Shown in pieces: positions 33,245 to 36,207 of a DNA stretch of 36,207 nt. The DNA is from Desulfobulbaceae bacterium (GTDB lineage Bacteria > Desulfobacterota > Desulfobulbia > Desulfobulbales > DAOVSZ01): assembly GCA_030627725.1 (NCBI GenBank), contig DAOVSZ010000001.1, positions 1 to 36,207 on the forward strand, written 5' to 3'. A model generated the notes under the pieces. That model made no database searches and was not told where the DNA came from. It worked only from the letters and a program-made list of their open reading frames with translations. The position numbers and the translations under genes were made by a program. Each line of letters starts with the position of its first letter. The first letter of the stretch is position 1.

Positions 33245-34327
33245 ATGGCCCAGACACAAGAATCCCTCAAAGACATCCGCAATGAGATTGATGCGATTGA
33301 CACGCAGTTTCTCGCACTGTTGAAAGCACGGCTTGCATGCGCGAAAAAGGTCGGACAGATTAAAAACAGGAGCAAAAGGGCCAAGTGGGACCCTTTACGG
33401 GAAAGGCAGATCTTTGAAAGACTGCTTCAGGAAAATAACGGCGAATTTCCGGAGCAAACCCTTACCAGTATCTTCAGGGAAATCATCACCACCTGCCGAC
33501 TTTCCCAAAAGGAGGTGGATGTCGCCTATCTGGGGCCTGAGGCGACCTTTTCCCATCTCGCCGGCGTCAAATGTTTTGGTCGCTCAGCAACCTACCGGCC
33601 CGTAGAGACTATAGAAGACATCTTTCATGAGGTGGAAAGAGGCCGGGTCCAGTACGGCATTGTGCCGGTAGAGAACTCGATCGAAGGCTCAGTCACCTCC
33701 TCCCTGGACGGATTTATGCAGTGCCGCGTGAAGATCTGCGCCGAGGTCCAGCTCGAGATATCGCACAACCTTGTCAATCAGTCAGGTGAACTCACAGATA
33801 TAAAACTGGTCGCATCTCATGCCCAGCCTCTGGCGCAATGCAGACAATGGCTGAAAAAGAACCTGCCTGATGTCCCTCGACAGAACGTATTCAGTACGGG
33901 AGTGGCTGCCAAGATGGCGGCTGACGATCCGACTGTTGCGGCGATAGCAAGCTCACTTGCAATCAAGACCTACCACCTGCAGGTTGTTGTCAAGGGAGTT
34001 GAAGACTACAGAGGCAACACGACCCGCTTTCTGGTCCTTGGTCAACAATCTCCATCGGCAAGCGGCAAAGACAAGACATCCTTGCTCGTCGGCCTCCTGG
34101 ACCGGCCAGGCGCTCTGCACAATATGCTCACGATATTTGCCGAGCGCGGCATCAACCTGACCAGGATCGAATCCAGGCCGATCAAGAGTCAACCCGGCAA
34201 CTATCTGTTCTTCCTTGATATGCTCGGACATATGAATGATGAAACAATCACCGAGGCATGTCTCCTGCTCAAAGAAAGCTGTTCGTTTTACGAGTGGTTG
34301 GGCTCATACCCCCAAGCGGACAGCTGA
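33245..34327 (+). CDS. pheA: bifunctional chorismate mutase / prephenate dehydratase (P-protein)
   Basis: 360 aa. It has the CM domain (LKDIRNEIDAIDTQFLALLKARL), the PDT domain (VAYLGPEATFSH, VPVENSIEGSV, TRFLVLG) and a C-terminal ACT domain (ESRP motif: LTRIESRPIK). Confidence 0.95.
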   Translation: MAQTQESLKDIRNEIDAIDTQFLALLKARLACAKKVGQIKNRSKRAKWDPLRERQIFERLLQENNGEFPEQTLTSIFREIITTCRLSQKEVDVAYLGPEATFSHLAGVKCFGRSATYRPVETIEDIFHEVERGRVQYGIVPVENSIEGSVTSSLDGFMQCRVKICAEVQLEISHNLVNQSGELTDIKLVASHAQPLAQCRQWLKKNLPDVPRQNVFSTGVAAKMAADDPTVAAIASSLAIKTYHLQVVVKGVEDYRGNTTRFLVLGQQSPSASGKDKTSLLVGLLDRPGALHNMLTIFAERGINLTRIESRPIKSQPGNYLFFLDMLGHMNDETITEACLLLKESCSFYEWLGSYPQADS

Positions 34328-34374
34328 GAAGGAGCCCCATGCACCGAATCTGCGCGCGGTCAGGGCAAACAGCA

Positions 34375-34550
34375 TAGGACTACTATAGCTGATTGCCCTG
34401 AGCACACACATCTCCGGCACCTGTGACCACTTCTCAGCTGTCGGCTGCGCCGACATGCTCTTTAGGACTACTATAGCTGATTGCCCTGACCACACACATC
34501 TCCGGCGCCTGTGACACCTTCTCAGCTGTCTGCTGCGCAGACTTGCTCGA
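34375..34550. repeat. two tandem copies of an 88-nt non-coding unit
   Basis: Copy A is 34375-34462 and copy B is 34463-34550, both starting TAGGACTACTATAGCTGATTGCCCTGA. I count about 8 differences by eye. Two of them are a compensatory pair in an internal hairpin: GTCGGC-tgc-GCCGAC in A against GTCTGC-tgc-GCAGAC in B. Confidence 0.85.
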
Positions 34551-34593
34551 CTCCAGAGATACTACTTTAATAAGGAAGAGGGTATCCCCCAAA

Positions 34594-35607
34594 ATGCTCA
34601 TTTTAGGAATTGAAAGCTCCTGCGATGAGACCGCAGCCGCAGTCCTTGCCGATGGCCGCGACCTGCTCTCAAACGTCATTGACTCGCAGATCGATATACA
34701 TGGAAAATACGGTGGTGTAGTGCCGGAGATTGCCTCTCGAAAACACATCGAGAATATCTATCCGGTGGTGCAGGAGGCATTGACCCGGGCCAATGTCACT
34801 TTAGACGACCTTGACGGTCTGGCGGTCACGCAGGGGCCTGGTCTTGTCGGATCGCTCCTGGTCGGGCTTTCTTTTACCAAGGCCCTCTCTCTGGTCAAAA
34901 AGATACCATATGTGGGCGTGGACCATATGGCCGGGCATCTGCTTTCCGTGCTCCTGGATAATAAGCCGCCTGCTTTTCCCCCTACTTTTCCCTATATAGC
35001 GCTGGTAGCCTCCGGCGGACATTCCAGTCTCTTCTTTGTTGAGGATACGGTCACTTTTCGACTCCTGGGAAGGAGCCGTGACGATGCGGCAGGAGAAGCA
35101 TTTGACAAGGTGGCAAAACTTCTGAAACTTGGCTACCCTGGAGGTCCAATAATCAGCAGAACTGCCGATAATGGAGACCCTGAGGCCATCGCCTTTCCCC
35201 GGGCATGGCTCGGTCCCGAGAGTCTCGATTTCAGTTTCAGCGGCTTGAAGACTGCTGTTGCCAACCACGTCCATCGTGAGGAAAAACAAGGGAGAAGCCT
35301 CAATATCCCTGACATCTGTGCCTCATTTCAGGAGGCCGTGGTCGATGTTCTTACAGAAAAAACGATACGCGCCGGCAGACAGTCAAAGGTCAAAAACCTC
35401 GTCCTTGCCGGTGGTGTTGCTGCAAACCTGCGATTACGCGAACGGATGCAGCAGAGGGGCAAAGAGGAGGGATTTAACGTGTTAATGCCGCCTGTTCACT
35501 TCTGCACGGACAACGCTGCCATGATCGCCCTTGCAGGTTTTCACCATTTTGAAGCAGCTGCAACCACGACATACGATATGGATGTCTACTCCCGGTCACG
35601 GTTTTAA
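34594..35607 (+). CDS. tsaD: tRNA N6-adenosine threonylcarbamoyltransferase
   Basis: 337 aa counted from MLILGIESSCDETAAAV. Motifs GGVVPEIASRKH, VDHMAGH and GGVAAN are present. The upstream extension in the track ORF lies inside the repeat region. Confidence 0.95.
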   Translation: MLILGIESSCDETAAAVLADGRDLLSNVIDSQIDIHGKYGGVVPEIASRKHIENIYPVVQEALTRANVTLDDLDGLAVTQGPGLVGSLLVGLSFTKALSLVKKIPYVGVDHMAGHLLSVLLDNKPPAFPPTFPYIALVASGGHSSLFFVEDTVTFRLLGRSRDDAAGEAFDKVAKLLKLGYPGGPIISRTADNGDPEAIAFPRAWLGPESLDFSFSGLKTAVANHVHREEKQGRSLNIPDICASFQEAVVDVLTEKTIRAGRQSKVKNLVLAGGVAANLRLRERMQQRGKEEGFNVLMPPVHFCTDNAAMIALAGFHHFEAAATTTYDMDVYSRSRF

Positions 35608-35617
35608 TCACCATACA

Positions 35618-36207
35618 ATGCCTGACAGAAGAAAGACAAAAAAGATCCTCTACGACCGAAAACTTGCCCCGAAAAAAGGATTGGGTCAGAATTTTCTCGT
35701 GTATCGTGAAACTGCGGAACACATCGTGGAAAAGGCGGCGGTGCGGCTGGAAGATACTGTTATCGAACTCGGTGTCGGCCTTGGCAGCCTCACCCACCCC
35801 TTGGCACAGCGAGCAAGAAGGGTTATCGGTCTTGAAATTGACGCCGGCATTATCAGGTTTCAAGAGGAGGAAGGAACCCTTCCCGAGAACGTCACCCTGA
35901 TCCATCAGGACCTCCTCAAGGCTGATTTTCACCAGTTGGCGCACAAAGAGTGTGAAGGCGGCAGACTGAAAATTCTTGCCAACCTGCCATACTCCATCTC
36001 CAACCCGCTCCTTTTCAAACTGATAGAAAACCGCGATGTTGTCGAATGGGCGGTCCTCATGCTGCAGAAAGAGGTCGCACAAAGGCTCACTGCAAAGGTC
36101 GGCACCAAGGAGTATGGCATCCTGTCGGTCCTGCTTGGGGCCAATGCTTCGGTGGAAAAACTGATGCAGCTCGGCCCGGCCCAGTTTCATCCGCGGCCAA
36201 AGGTGGA
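35618..36207 (+). CDS. rsmA: 16S rRNA (adenine1518/1519-N6)-dimethyltransferase, 5' part; the gene runs off the right edge
   Basis: My own translation from the ATG at 35618 is MPDRRKTKKILYDRKLAPKKGLGQNFLV...IELGVGLGSLT...ANLPYSISNPLLFKL...FHPRPKV, which carries KsgA/RsmA motifs. It is absent from the ORF track because there is no stop in the window. The 238-aa minus-strand ORF is its shadow. Confidence 0.9.
   Translation, partial: MPDRRKTKKILYDRKLAPKKGLGQNFLVYRETAEHIVEKAAVRLEDTVIELGVGLGSLTHPLAQRARRVIGLEIDAGIIRFQEEEGTLPENVTLIHQDLLKADFHQLAHKECEGGRLKILANLPYSISNPLLFKLIENRDVVEWAVLMLQKEVAQRLTAKVGTKEYGILSVLLGANASVEKLMQLGPAQFHPRPKV

Noticed and set aside
34375-34550. Possible CRISPR array.
   Set aside because: There are only two repeats, they are 88 nt long, they are directly adjacent with no spacers, and no cas genes are present.
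34304-34748. Minus-strand ORFs of 63 and 104 aa across the 88-nt repeats, which share peptide segments such as RAISYSSP.
   Set aside because: The shared peptides are a by-product of the DNA duplication. The 88-nt period is not divisible by 3, so the two copies fall in different frames. The second ORF also runs antisense into tsaD.
35474-36190. 238-aa minus-strand ORF at the right edge.
   Set aside because: The plus strand reads as an unmistakable RsmA/KsgA (GLGQNFL, NLPYSIS). It is missing from the ORF track only because it has no stop in the window, so the minus-strand ORF is its antisense shadow.

Overview
This 36.2 kb window looks like a chromosomal segment from an anaerobic Desulfobacterota-type bacterium. 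The lineage call is an inference from gene content: futalosine-pathway menaquinone genes, a DUF39 homocysteine gene, a short archaeal-type Psd and many PAS/REC sensors. No lineage marker was seen.

The left third (1-11.5 kb) is one dense minus-strand block of housekeeping biosynthesis genes: coaD', rsmD, asd, leuB, leuA, psd, ilvN, ilvB, mqnD, mqnB, panD, panC and a TPR membrane protein.

A strand switch at about 11.5 kb opens a plus-strand block. It holds xseA, then a sensory cluster: an orphan periplasmic binding lipoprotein translationally coupled to a 1519-aa hybrid histidine kinase, a lone CheR methyltransferase, and a second REC-kinase-REC protein broken by a frameshift in a G7 run. After that come a small hypothetical ORF, a nitroreductase and a 972-aa ACP / fatty-acyl-AMP ligase / PlsC acyltransferase fusion.

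The right third is mixed:
- a Bax-like glucosaminidase
- a PAS protein with a Cys/His-rich C-terminal module
- an MFS transporter with a long structured leader
- tRNA-Pro(CGG) and HU
- a LarE-like PP-loop sulfur transferase, a DUF39 homocysteine-biosynthesis protein and a CBS-ACT protein
- pheA, tsaD and the start of rsmA

I saw no transposase, integrase, phage gene, CRISPR array or recognisable defence system. The leads most worth following are:
- the binding-protein / hybrid kinase / CheR module, which has MCP-like EEL heptads inside the kinase
- the DUF39 / CBS-ACT / three-Cys LarE cluster and its structured spacers
- an 88-nt tandem non-coding repeat with a compensatory stem change
- a roughly 220-nt leader upstream of the MFS gene with mutually exclusive 12-nt helices

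All family assignments come from reading motifs in the supplied translations. No database search was run.
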